A stretch of 51,894 bases of DNA, taken from contig NC_069007.1 in assembly GCF_001194135.2 (NCBI RefSeq), positions 3,420,178-3,472,071 on the forward strand, in the 5' to 3' direction. The notes under the pieces are model-generated. The model saw only the letters and a list, made by a program, of their open reading frames with translations, was not told the DNA's origin and ran no database searches. Below, piece by piece: positions 36,576 through 50,222 of this stretch. The translations under genes were made by a program, and so were the position numbers. This stretch comes from Octopus bimaculoides (lineage: Eukaryota). How positions within the stretch are numbered: the first letter of the stretch is position 1; the number at the start of each line of letters is the position of its first letter.

Positions 36576-38741
36576 GTTTCAACAAAAGAAACCAACTTAA
36601 GTGCCAGACTTAAAAAAAACAAAAAAAGCACCGAGGGGGCAATGTTGTCTGGCTAAATCATTCAAGGCTCTGCCCTAGCATGAAAATGTACTCCATAGTT
36701 CATAACCCTGTGACCTGTATTGATTCTAACCGCAACAGCTCTAACTTTGTATGCACACCACAAAAATTCCTGCAACTACCTCAGCCTCTGCTTCATTGTC
36801 AACTGTTTTCAAGTCGTCCTTCCGTGACTCACTGGGGATTTGGGCTTTGATTGAAAATATTTTCAAAATATCTGAGGGATGTATGTGAGTATGCGTGAAT
36901 GAATCTATGTCTGTGCATACGTACACAAGGAAAAGAAGTTTTCTATGAGAAGAATAGAGTATCATCCTCCTTAAGGGTTTTGTGTGTGTGTGTGTGAGAG
37001 AGAGAGGTGGGAAGTGAAACTGAATACATGTTTGTGCATACAAACACAAGGAAAAGATGTAATCTCTTCTGTTACCATACATTTCTCATTCTCCTCAGGT
37101 TCTAGGCCTACCCCCATCCCCACCATGCACACACGCATACACTTCTGCAACCTACTCAATTGCATACTTGTCTCCTCTCCTCTTTCTCTCTGTCTCTCTC
37201 GTACTTCTCCTGTCTACTCTACCATCATTTCCATTCTGCTGCTCGCCCTGTAATTCCTCCCCTCCGTTCACACCCCACCACCTCAGGGGCATCATTGATC
37301 ATTTACTACTCACTACATCCACCCTTTCAACCCTGCCCAATCTTAACAGCTGTCACCTCCCTCCCCTCCATCATTCTCCAATTCTCCTTTCCCCCTCCCA
37401 CCCACTACTCACATACCTGGTCCCCCCCGTCCCACTTGTATTCACCTTGTGCTTTGAAGGGACACCCAGACACCTCATTACCACTAGTGTTATCTCTTTT
37501 CAGCTCCACCCAATCACACCCACTTCCCCTCTTCAAAAATGTTCCTTGCCATGTAACTTCCCAGAAGCCTGTTCTACTCTGGCCCCCTTCTCTCATAATT
37601 TAACCCCTCATCTCCAAGTATAAAGTTGTCTCCTCAGGGTTTGCAGTCTTGCATGCTGCATGGCAACCTCACTAGTGTTAAGTGACAGGAAAAAAAAAAA
37701 AATCACCCAGAACATGCTGTAAAATGGTTAATACCAGGATGAGCATCTAGCCATGGAAACCATCAAGCACAATGCAGTCTTTGGCCCATCAGATTCTATC
37801 AAGCTGTCCAATCCATACCTGCATGGAACATGGACAATAAAAATTATGATGATGCTTCAGTAATACAAGGTTTACTATTCATGCTCAAGGTTATATATGT
37901 GTGTGTGTATGTAACTTAAGTCTGTACTATTCAATGCTTCATAGTCATACTAAGCATGCATCCATTTCTGCCTCACCACTTAGATCAACAGCATCCGATC
38001 GATTAGACATGCTTTTACGTCTCTCAAACTTCAAATAAAACAGACATACGTAAAAAAACTGTTAATACTAATATCAAATGCTCAAGACATGAACCCTCTT
38101 TTGTATGTACGCCTATCACACACACACATATATAATATATACATATATTTTTTTATCTTTCTGTCTGCCCCACCACCACCACCATTAGATGTGAGAAGCC
38201 ATGCAGATCCCCCTGCAGGAACCTGCTCTGTCCCCACTTTTCATAGTGATTCCCTCATCCCCTAACATGAAGCTGGCCTTCTGCCTACTCCAGGGCTTGT
38301 AATCCTGCAAAAGGCACGGCCACCTCAGTAGTGCAGGTGCCACATAAAACATGCTCAATCCACATTGTAAAGTAGTTGGCATGAAGAAGGACATCCTGCC
38401 ATAAAATAAAAACCATACCAAAGCAGATACTGGAGCTCAATACAGTCCTTGGACACTTCAAATCCTCCAACCCATGCCAGCATGGAACATGGACATTAAA
38501 TGACAATATATAGGGGATAGTGTGCTGGACTTCTAATCTAGAGACCATGGCTTCGTATCCTACCAGGGATGACTCATTTTATAAGCACAGGTGTGACTGT
38601 GTGGTAAGAAGCTTGCTTCTCAACCACATGGTCCCAGGTTCAGTTCCACCGCGTAGCACCTTCTACTATAGCCTCAGGCCGACCAAAGCCTTGTCAGTGG
38701 ATTTGGTAGACAGAAACTAAAAGAAGCCTCTTGTGTGTATA

Positions 38742-38805
<64 letters not shown>

Positions 38806-39074
38806 GCACAGGCATGACTGTGGTAAGAAGCTTGCTTCCCTACCTCATGGTTTCAGGTTCAGTCCCACTGCATGGTACCTTGGGCAAGTGTCTTCAACTA
38901 TAGCGTCAGGCAACCAAAGCTTTGTGAGCGGATTTGTTAGACAGAAACTGAAAGAAGCCCATCGTGCATATATATCTGTGTGTCTGGGTTTGTCCCACTG
39001 CCATCACTGGACAACCGATGTTGGTGTGTTTACGTCCCCGTAACTTAACGGTTTTATAAGAGACAGGTAATAAA

Positions 39075-39345
39075 ATCCCCAAGAACCCCTGATCTGACCC
39101 CTCGGCATGGTGCATCGCGGAAAGGTAAAAGACCTAAATCATTTGAACGCATCACCAACTCCTTTGCACACATATCACCAGATGTGCTATTACGAGTTCA
39201 CAATGAATGGGGGTAAACATATTGCAATGTGTACTCAAAACAATGGTAACCATATAGAGCCTGCTAAATAATTTTTATAAAAACTGTTCTTATAAAAAAA
39301 GATACATTGTTCCAATGTATGGTGACTTTTTAATCACCCTGCATA
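39075..39345 (+). mobile_element. Tc1/mariner-superfamily 3' fragment with right TIR
   Basis: PDLTP...RITNSFAHISPDVLLRVHNEW..IAMCTQNNGNHIE, then GGTGACTTTTTAATCACCCTG close to a TA (CAGGGTG-type TIR). Confidence 0.7.
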
Positions 39346-39351
39346 TATGTA

Positions 39352-39405
<54 letters not shown>

Positions 39406-39580
39406 CACAATGCAAGAGAGTTAGGGGTTGAGGATTCAACCCACTAAGAGATAGATACTATCCAATATACTACTGGGGGTATGTCATGCATCTGTATATT
39501 ATGGTTTTTGTCATTTTAGTTACAAAATAAATTAATTCAATGGAATACACTGTCTTCAAGTCGATGGATACCGCATATTC

Positions 39581-40006
39581 TCCTCCATTTTCTTATTGCT
39601 ATATACATACATACATACATACACATACATACTCTGATATATACATATCCACATTTTTAGGTGGGGGGGGGGCTCCATTGGTCATAAATGACCATGGGAC
39701 TGCACCTAGAAAGTTCCCCTCCCAGGCACAAGTCCGGCCAAGGTTGTTTATGGAAGACCAGCAGTCACCCACGCATAAAAGCCTCCCTNNNNNNNNNNTC
39801 CTCCATTTTCTTATTGCTATATACATACATACATACATACACATACATACTCTGATATATACATATCCACATTTTTAGGTGGGGGGGGGGCTCCATTGGT
39901 CATAAATGACCATGGGACTGCACCTAGAAAGTTCCCCTCCCAGGCACAAGTCCGGCCAAGGTTGTTTATGGAAGACCAGCAGTCACCCACGCATAAAAGC
40001 CTCCCT
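39581..40006. other. Duplication across a 10-N gap, probable assembly artefact
   Basis: 39581-39788 appears identical to 39799-40006. The same pattern occurs at 20834-20868 versus 20879-20913. Confidence 0.85.
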
Positions 40007-40229
40007 CCCCACCCACCCTCAAAGGGGCCGATACAGCTTGGCACCGATGACGTTGAATCTCATTTCCACAGCTGAGCGGAACTGGGGCAACGTGACACAA
40101 ACACACACACATAATACAACAAAGTACTTGTAATGCTACACGTGTTTTTACATCAAGGGTGAATGACTGAGGAGTAAGGCGGGCGGGCTTAACAACTTAC
40201 TTTAACATAGAGGAGACAACAAAAGAGCC

Positions 40230-41695
40230 TCTATGAGGTCGCTCAACCTGCCGGAAACAGCAGCCAACCTTCATCGACTTACACTCTAAAAAGGACCGAC
40301 ATTTGATAGCCCTTATAGCCTGACGTACACTGCTCCAAGTAGTATAGTCAGAATGGGTAATGGCCGCAATGCCTGTGATCACAGATCTCCCTCCGGTGAG
40401 AACAGATCCGACATACAAAGAAAGCTTCGCGACACGTGATTAACTGCATGTGTGTGCACATGCCTGGATGCACACACACACACAGACACGCGCGCGCGGA
40501 CATAAAAGTAGACAGACAGACAGGCAGATTTGTGCACGATGATATTACGAAGTTCCAACTCCCACCCCCGATAAGATTTCTTCTCAATTATTATCTGTGT
40601 AACTTTATCTCTGTTCTGTTCGCTCACGTTGGGCCGACTACATTTTTCTTTTTTTATAAAATTCCCGCACCTACAATTCGAAATTAGTAAGCCAGTATCC
40701 GCCAAAGATATTTAAAAGCAGGTAATGCTGAGCCTCCACGCGGTCACTCCACCTGCTAGAAATAGCAGTTGAATCTCCTTGAACTCCAATATCATCCCAC
40801 GGTATTTAAAAGATCGCATTAGATACACGACACCCGAGGCAGAAATTGCGAGAGAGCCTTTGATATTCCGAAGCAACGAAGGCTGACCTGGGACTAGACT
40901 AGCCTCCACGCTACCTCTCGCTCGACCCAGCAGAAAAAGCAACCAAATCTCAGTTGAATCACACCATACGGTCAAAGGCTAGAACAAACCTCTACGAAGT
41001 CGCTCGGAATGGTAGAAATAGCAATCAGATCGTCGATTCTCGAAACACAGTCTTCAGAACAAGAAGGCATTCGATCAAGTAGACTTTGCGATATAATAAA
41101 TGTTTGAAATAAAGCCGAGATGGTCACGTCTAGAACACTTTCGATCACCACCGTAAATCTCCCTTATCAGGTTCGACTAGGGTTATATAACAACAACGAC
41201 AAGTAGATGATCTCACACGCATACGCACGTGTGTATATATATACTGATTCATAGCACATCGTGTGAGCAAGTGTGCGTGTGCGCGCGCATAGAAAATAAA
41301 ATTGTATATAATTAAAAAGGTCGTAAGTAACTAGCAGTGCTTGCAAGACAAACAGCGTTGCTTTCTACATGGTAGTTCCAACTGTTAGAAATAACAGTCA
41401 AATCTCCCTCAAAATCACACGTTGAGTAATGTAGTACATAATTTATACACACGTACATATATAATATATCGAATAATGTAGTACTTGATGCCAAGCCTGC
41501 TAGAAACAACAGCTAAACCCCTTCCCACGATCAAAAAAATCACAGACGGGATATTCGTAGCTGGAACGCCTTTCGTTATAGATTTCCTGGGTGAAATTTG
41601 GAGTGGGGGACTAAGGTTAAATACAAGAGTGAGTCAACGCAGGAAATGGCAACTAATTCTCCCTCAAAATCACATGTTGGATAATATAGTACTTG

Positions 41696-41733
<38 letters not shown>

Positions 41734-42860
41734 ATATATATAGTCTTGAAAACAGACGTTATGGTCATGGCTAGAACGCCTTTGAGTTTAGATTTCCAGG
41801 AGCAGTAGTGACCTGTTTGGACTTACAATAACAGAGTGAGTCAACGAGGGAACATGCTAGAAATAGCAGCTAAGTCTCCCTCAAAATCACACGTTGGATA
41901 CTGTAACACTCGAGATATACACCCTTGAAAATAGACGAGATAGTCATAAATGGAGCGCTTTTGATTGTAGATTTCCTAGATCCCTGCTGACTTATGGGAT
42001 AACAATGACAGCGAGAGCGAAGGAGGGAGCCTGCTGGAAATAGCAGCCAAATCATCAAGAATCATGTGTACTGCAGTATATATATATATATATATACTGT
42101 CTTGAAAACACAACATGGTCATGATTGGGACGCCTTTAATTCTAAATTTCCTGCATCAATGCTGACATGGAGTGAGATAGGGGTCGACTGACAGTAACAG
42201 AGTGAGTCAACGAGGGAACCTATTAGAAATAGCGGCCAAATTTCCCTCAAAATCACCCTCTATCTTAAAAGATAATACAAGAACACAATAGCCCGGAACA
42301 TAAGATGCCTAGTAAAAAAACAAATGAGAAACAAGGTTCTCCCGACTAAGATGTTAGATCATCGGTCTAGGGGATTGGAGTTAACCTAGGGTTAAACAAA
42401 ACAACAGGATACTCCTAATTGTTATAATCGCCATTGCTACTGTTGTTACTAGTAGAAACACGTGAATGATTCAAACTACCGAACAGCCAGAATTACGTGA
42501 GAAGTAGCAGCCAAATATCCCTCAAATCATTGAGAGAGAAAGAAGGGGTTTCATAAAAAATAGACATTAAGCTATGTAGCCAGTCCTAAAATTACCGGAT
42601 AGTAAGTAAGTGATAGAATGGTCTTGATCCATCCACCAGTCGTGACCGATCCAACGACCAACAGCAGTAGAGAGAAATAGTAGTTCAACCTCCCTAAAAT
42701 CGCAAAGAGAAAGGGCGAAAGAAAAAAGGGGTATTAGATAATGTACATTATGTAGTTTAGTCCTAGAATGACCTGTCAGTTACTGGTGGAATGGATTTGG
42801 TCAGAGGCCCTTGCTCGATCCTGGCTGACTTTGGGGGATATAGCAATTAGTAACAGATCC
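40230..42860 (+). repeat. Cluster / degenerate head-to-tail array of family E units
   Basis: About 13 same-strand occurrences of the AGAAATAGCAGCCAAATCTCCCTCAAAATCAC-like block, at about 40250, 40755, 40930, 41010, 41385, 41500, 41640, 41855, 42030, 42220, 42500 and 42670. The linker ACAGAGTGAGTCAACG recurs between units. Confidence 0.7.
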
Positions 42861-43080
42861 AGCTACTACTACCACTACTACTACTGCAACACTACGAAAG
42901 GTTGCTTCACACCTCTTTGTATCTGTCTGTTTCTGTCTTCTTTCTCTCTCGTCAGTGTGGGTGGATACAAAGTCAAGAAACGTTTTTTTTTTTTGTTGCA
43001 CGGTCATTCTGACGTCTTGATGTTATCTGACTACAATAGGAGTCATTATAGGAAGAGAAAAAAAATCGAAAACAGATACA

Positions 43081-43155
<75 letters not shown>

Positions 43156-45804
43156 TATGTATTTATTTTATCCTAATAAATAATAATTCGGATAGAATAA
43201 ATGGGTTAATAGAAACCAAGGTAGCAAAGATCACAAAATAACTGTGGTGTAATTCCTGTTAGTGAGGCAAAGATGGTTCCCATACATTCCCTGAGGAGAA
43301 GTTTACATTTTTAACATCGACGATTCCTATGGATCGCATAAATTGTAATTCTTCGAAACATATGTCGGAATAAAGTATGCAGTTATAACATGCGTTTACT
43401 CCATTCCTTAAATTTTTATATATATATATATAAACATGTATAGTGTGAGTGTACGTATGTACCGGTTCTTCGACAAATACTGATCGATAAAATAGGAACC
43501 AGGTTCAAAGAAGCACTGGGTCGATGTGAAGAGTTTAGAATTCAGTGCCCCAATATGGCCGGTGTCTTTCTTGCATGTGAGACTAGAGAGAAAGAGGGAT
43601 GTAATATAGAAGTCAGTAAGCAATACAAAGAAATACAGACAAGACGAGGGAGAAATTAATACAGAAGTAACGTGCAAATAAATACTTGTAGTGGCCATAG
43701 TTACTGCTCAGAATTTTGCCAATATCCACCACATAAACGATCGTGGGAAAGGTTAATGTAGCTTCACCCCATGTTAGTCCTGAAACAAGTCTATGATCAA
43801 AAGCGTTCCAATCATGCCCGTTCCCACATTTTAATTAAAACAGTAGGACGTGTAGATAGATATGCATGGTGAGCATGCGAGACAAGACTTATGTAAGCTA
43901 GATGGATTGCATTAAAGCAAAAGTGTATGTATGTATGTATGAAGAGAGAGAGAAAGAGAGAGATCTTGCTTGGTCCCAGGTCAACCTTGATCCAGGAGTA
44001 GACAAATGAACAAAGACGTTCTAGACGTGACCATCTAACCTTTATATTTCAGCTATCGTTTATCTAATGTGTCCGTCGTTTCGTTCAAAACAGATTTGGA
44101 GCGGGGATGGATAGGCTGCGGTTTCTAGCAGTTTGAGCTAACGTATAGAAGTTTCCCCCTTGTTCGGCTTGAATCCAATAACTATATTTTCTTGAAGGTG
44201 CCGATAAATTTTACGGTAACAACAGTAAGGATCTAAAAGGGAAATTGGTCCTCAGTGCAACCCTGACATAAATATGTCCTAACGCATGAGACTTTGGTCT
44301 GGAAACGAGCCACAAGAAAAATGTGCTTAGCGGCTTTTGTTCCGAGTTCAAATTCCGCCAAGGTCGACTCTGCCTTTCATCCTTTCGATGTCGATAAAAT
44401 AAATACCAGTTGAGTACTGGGGGATCGATGTAATTGACAAGGTCCCCGCTCTTCTAAAATTTCAGGCTTTGTGTCTATAGTAGAAAGAATTATTATTATT
44501 ATTATTATTATTATTAAGCAGCAAAAGAAACTACTAAAGATGAGGCGACGATGGAATAGGTTTACCAAACAGAGACCGAATTCTTAAGACTTCAGGAACG
44601 ATCGTGTTAACGTGTGTGTGTGTGTGTTTTCTTGTGAAAATATACGACTAAAATATGTGTTTATAAAGATATATTATTTTTAATAATAAAGATATATTCT
44701 TTTAATAAATGTACTCTTTGTAGATGAACGTGTTTATAAATATTTAATTAGAAAGATTGTAAATTTTGTATTTAATATTTATACACATACGTGGGAGTGG
44801 ATACAGAGAATAATTAGCGATGTGTAGAAGACACAGAGGCAATTATGACTAGTCACGTTCTATATACATGCATACATACCACATATGCTACACGGACACA
44901 CACGAATATATATATATACACACATATGTATATATATATATAAATACACCCACAGAGATACCATTTACACACGCAATCACGCATATACACACATCCCCCT
45001 ACACACACATACCATTCGCACACGCAATCACGCATATACATACACACACATGTACATATATATATAGAGAGAGAGAGAGAGGGGGAGAGACAGACACACA
45101 CATGCAATATAAAGACCAGTCTGCTTTTAAAATATCACGTAAGATGTTTGGTGGGTGGGGGCACAGAATAAGTAAATGAAACAATTAAAATATTAAACCC
45201 TTCTCAAAAGCGTCTTGAGAATGCTTGTCATTCGCCCTTTTTCACACAAGCAGCCAATTGTGTACGCTTAATATACGCACAAACATTCATTTATATTCGT
45301 GTGTAGATACATATACATGCGCACATATATATATAGATATATATGTAGGCATGATGGTAATTAAGTGTGAATGTATGTAGAGATATGTTATGGAATATGT
45401 GGGTTTTTTTACTGAGATAGAAAGAAGGAGGACGAAATTGGGTGTTACAGTGCGGTTTTACGATATCTTGTGAGGATTTTTAGGCCTTCACCGTAGACTT
45501 CAACACCACCATCGTCACTAAACAAGGGCGTTAGCGATATATATATGTATATATATATATGTGTGTAGGTAAAAATCTGTTGAAGAGGTGGCTTAAGTAA
45601 GCATGTATGTAGATAGATGTATATAACCTTTTCTGCTAATAGGCATAAGGCCTGGAAATATGAGATGGGAGGGAGAGGATCAGCCGATTTTTATAATTAA
45701 CCATTAAACGAATGTGAGTGAGATAGATACACACAGACACACACACATATATATATATATATATACACACATATATACAAAGATACATAAACACAGATGT
45801 ATGC

Positions 45805-45845
<41 letters not shown>

Positions 45846-45855
45846 NNNNNNNNNN

Positions 45856-45891
<36 letters not shown>

Positions 45892-46292
45892 GAGAGAGAG
45901 AGAAACAGAGAGAAGTTGGATAATATATATTTTTTACGATTCAACCATGCGATTGCGATCATACTGGAGCACCACAGTGAAAAACACATCAGGAGTGAAA
46001 TAGATAGATAGATAGATCGACAGATAGATAGATAGATACTCAGACATATATATACACACACACACAAGCTCGGCTCTCTATATACCTATGCTTATTACAC
46101 ACACACCTATATATACATACCTTTCTTTATATAGACACACACCTCTACATACATACAAAAGCAGAGGTCAGTTTAGACAGACACAGAGATAAATAACAAA
46201 ATCAAATATATTATGTTTTGTCATCGTCATTGTAGGATTTTTCTTTTTTTCACACACAAAGAACACAAAACCAGAAATAAGAAATTCCTTAC

Positions 46293-46492
46293 CGTTCGAA
46301 AAGTATTCTAGTAAGACATAATGCCAACGCTAACACTGGTACCCAGAGAAGATCCTCTGTTTGGGGTTTGTACATCCCTTGCTTTTTGTTCAGATAGTCC
46401 TGCCATGTCAGGTGCCTGGGTAACCAGAACCACTCATTCCAAAATTTACTACGAATGGTGTGCCACCACGAAGTGGCTTCGACGGTCTCCAT
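46293..46492 (-). CDS. CERS5/6: Ceramide synthase (CERS5/6-like, Lag1/LASS family), first coding exon
   Basis: Translates METVEATSWWHTIRSKFWNEWFWLPRHLTWQDYLNKKQGMYKPQTEDLLWVPVLALALCLTRILFE(R). This matches the CerS N-terminus as I recall it (human CERS6 FWNERFWLPHNVTWADL...PQAEDLY...RLIFER). It ends TTC GAA CG|GTAAG, a canonical phase-2 donor (GT at 46292-46291), where I recall vertebrate CERS5/6 exon 1 ending. The paralogue assignment among CERS2-6 is not resolvable. Confidence 0.93.
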
Positions 46493-46505
46493 ATCGACAA
46501 ATAAA

Positions 46506-46540
46506 CTGTGGGAGGGAGGCGCCGGAACAACAACGGAAAT
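46506..46540 (-). promoter_or_regulatory. Candidate 3' splice acceptor 13 nt upstream of the CerS ATG
   Basis: Minus strand reads TTCCGTTGTTGTTCCGGCGCCTCCCTCCCACAG|TTTATTTGTCGATATG, a pyrimidine tract plus CAG. It could equally be plain 5' UTR. Confidence 0.35.
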
Positions 46541-46559
46541 AGATTAACTCTGTGCGCGC

Positions 46560-47020
<461 letters not shown>

Positions 47021-47475
47021 TAAACGAGTAGACGAGAAAACAGCGATACTGAAGTAGGTTTTATTTCACAGAAGAGTTCTCGCCCTCCTCCTCTCACTTT
47101 CCGAACTCTGATGTTTATGGATCTGTGCAAGGGAAGATAACTCCGAGGGTTTTTTTTTTCTTTTCGTAATCGCTTATAAAATGCCGACACACGCACGAAT
47201 ACACCTCTTATATACAGACATATACGCGCACATAGAGATACATATCGACACATACAGCAGTACAGACACACACACACACATATAGACATGTAATACACGC
47301 ATATACGAAATGACATATAGGCATGTAAGTACGTACGGACACAGATATTAACACCAATAGACATAGACAGACATGCATACATACACATAAGTACACACAC
47401 GTACAAACAAGAAAAGGTTCGATCCCAGACATTGGCACCAAATGTGTCAGCTGAAGAGTATCCAGGAGTCATCTT

Positions 47476-47805
47476 TTATCTTTTACTTGTTTCAGTCATT
47501 GGACTGTGGCCATGCTGGGGCAATGCCTTGAAGAATTATTTTTTAAAGTCTGCTACTTATTATATCGGTTACTTTTGCAGAACCGGTTGTCAAGCAGTAA
47601 TGGGGGACAAACATAGGCACAAAGACACACACATACTATGACAGGTTTCTTATCAGTTTCCGTCTACCAAACCTACTCACAAGGCTTTGGTCGGCCCGAG
47701 GCTATAGTAAATGACACCTGCCCAAGGTGCTACGCAGTAGGACTGAACCCGAAACCATGTGGTTGAAAAGCAAAATTCGTACCACACAGCCACGCCTGCA
47801 CCTAT
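47476..47805 (-). mobile_element. SINE family A, about 1 kb upstream of the CerS ATG
   Basis: Reverse complement of the family A head and tail. Confidence 0.85.
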
Positions 47806-49247
47806 GTGATGCGGCCCTTTACAGAATAGGAATTTAAGGGCTGAATCGCGTTCATGAGGATGGCCTCTTCCGCTGTTTAGCTTTCCCTGAAGTTATTTTT
47901 TACTTCCATCATAAAACGCCAATTAAAGGAAGCCTTCTGACCCATTCTCATTTTGCTAGAAATAGCAGTAGAGATATTCATTGAATTGGACCCCAGTGTC
48001 TTAGACAAGTGAAGTAGTGACAAGATTTTAAAGTCGAAGACTTAAGCTCAGGATGAGTGCAGCTAGAATGAATTCCATAAATAAGTAGGAATGTCCGATC
48101 AGGGTTGACTTGCGGTTAAACAACTACACTTCTCGTATAATAAACGAACCGGTGAGAGGAGCTCCCGCATATGAAATTTTGAACCGTTAGAAACAACTCA
48201 AAATTTCCCTCGAATCACACCCTTTACCATTGATTGTCGTTTATAAAAAGTGGTAAGGTCATACTGGATAATGTTGTCTTAACGTGCCCCGAAAAAGACG
48301 GGGACGGTCTCGACTGGAACGCCTCTGATCATACATAGATCTACTCGATCAGTGTTGATATGCGGCCCAAACAGCAGCTGTAAATACGTTTTGTTACTGC
48401 AGCGAAAACTCCCTCCAACGTAGTCCAAAGGGCACTGTATATAAAATAAAAGCAGGGTGGTCAAGGGTAGAATGTCTATGATCTTAGATCCGTCAGCTAG
48501 AGCTGATATGGGTCTAAACAACAACAGCAACTAGACACGTACACATAACGTAGGAAGCTTTGTGTGGTCACTCGATCGGTTAGAAACAGCAGCCAAATCT
48601 CGGTAAGACTTCCTTTTGTGCCCGCCCAAAAATATCCCTTTTTTTTATTTAATTTTTTTTTTCTACACAAACCCCCGTTTTTGACTACGGAGAATACAAA
48701 TCTGCAAAAAAAAAAAATTGGTAAAAATCGGCATTTTGAAATAATGTCCTAAATGCTCTTTCGATCATCAGTCAACTCCGTTGATTTACAATCGAGTTAG
48801 CCGCATGGCCTGGTCGTTAGGTTGGTGCACTCATGCTCGCAAGATCAGGTTCCGATTCCTGGAGCAGACAGTGCATTGCGTTCTTGAGCGAGGCACTTCA
48901 TTTCATGTTGCAAAATCAATCCACTTGACTGTAAATGGTTAACCCTAAGACGGGATGGTATCCCGTTCGAGAGAAATGTGATCTCGGCCACATATACGCC
49001 ATAGAAACCGGGTAACCGGCTTTATGAGTTTTAGAACTTGAGAGTATAAGTCCGGGGAACTTATCGTGACGCGCTTGGGGCAATGGTTCCTAAGCTGGGG
49101 TTCACAAAGGTAGTACAAGGGATTAGTACCATAGACCCCTGGACAAAGCAATGCACTCGTACGTACAGTATTCATTTATTAACAGCAAACCACGGCGTAC
49201 GTAGATTGACACAGGAGGCGAAAGTAAGGAATACGTACACCCGGTGT

Positions 49248-49283
49248 TTAGGGTTCGGGTTTGGATTAGGGTTAGGGTTAGGG
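49248..49283 (+). repeat. Short interstitial telomere-like hexamer run
   Basis: TTAGGG TTCGGG TTTGGA TTAGGG TTAGGG TTAGGG. Confidence 0.7.
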
Positions 49284-50159
49284 CTTTTGTTACATACACA
49301 CCGATAGATAGACAGACAGGGAAGAAGAGAGAGAAGAGGTGGGGAGTGTGTGTGCTTATGTTTGTTTCACCGTTTGATACCGGTGTTGGTTTGTTTACGT
49401 TCCTGCATGATAACTGTTCAGTAAAAACACCGATAAAGTCAGTGCAAGGTCTCTTTTAATAAGATTTAATAGAAATGAATTTTAAAGGCCTGGGAATGTC
49501 TGAGTGGTTGAGAAGCTCGCTTTGCTATTGTTTCATGCTCAATCCCATTGTGCCACACATGGGACAAGTGTTGTCTACAATTATAGACGGAAATTGTACG
49601 GAAGCCCGTTGCGTGCGCGCGCGCGCGTGTGTCTTCTTTTTAGTTCAGAGTAAATTTTGACCGCCCATCGATTTGGTAGCAAGGTTGTATTTTTCTGACC
49701 ACATTGGTGTCCAGAGGCCAGCTGGTTTTCGCAACAGAACATCTTGTGTGTGTGTCATTTGGTCATATCGGTTCCAGTCAGGTAATGGAATCGATTTCAT
49801 CGGCTGACGCAGGTGTGTCTCCTAGACTTCGTGGCTTCGTTAGCCGCGAGCTAGAAATTCGTTCGGATTGCGTGTTGTTTCCCCACATAAAATACCAACC
49901 CACAATACGTATTCAGTTTTAACGAATCGTATTTATTTCCATTCTGACATTACAAAGGTTACTTGCCAAAGGCTGTCGCGCTGAATACCAAGCAGATAGA
50001 CTGTGAGAACGGGATGCTTGGCGAGAGGAGTTCTTTTAGCAGAATGGCATAACTGCTATTTAACCAAGAAAACTTCTGCCGTCCTCTGCGAGTTCTCTCG
50101 AATCCTCCGCCATTCTCAGCGCATTTCAGTTTGTAAGTATAGTCATGGAGTGTAGATGA

Positions 50160-50222
50160 GAGCTGTCACGATAGACAAAGGAGCTGTCACGATAGATAAA
50201 GGAGTTGTCACGATCGGCAAAG
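50160..50222. repeat. 21-bp tandem repeat x3
   Basis: GAGCTGTCACGATAGACAAAG / GAGCTGTCACGATAGATAAAG / GAGTTGTCACGATCGGCAAAG. Confidence 0.9.

Noticed and set aside
36780-36872. Candidate CerS exon 2 after CCCTCAG (YFENIFNQSPNP or ILKIFSIKAQIP)
   Set aside because: Neither frame resembles the expected CerS continuation or homeobox-like segment.
39581-40006. Recent 208-bp tandem duplication
   Set aside because: The copies appear identical and flank a 10-N scaffold gap, typical of unmerged contig overlap. The same applies at 20834-20913.
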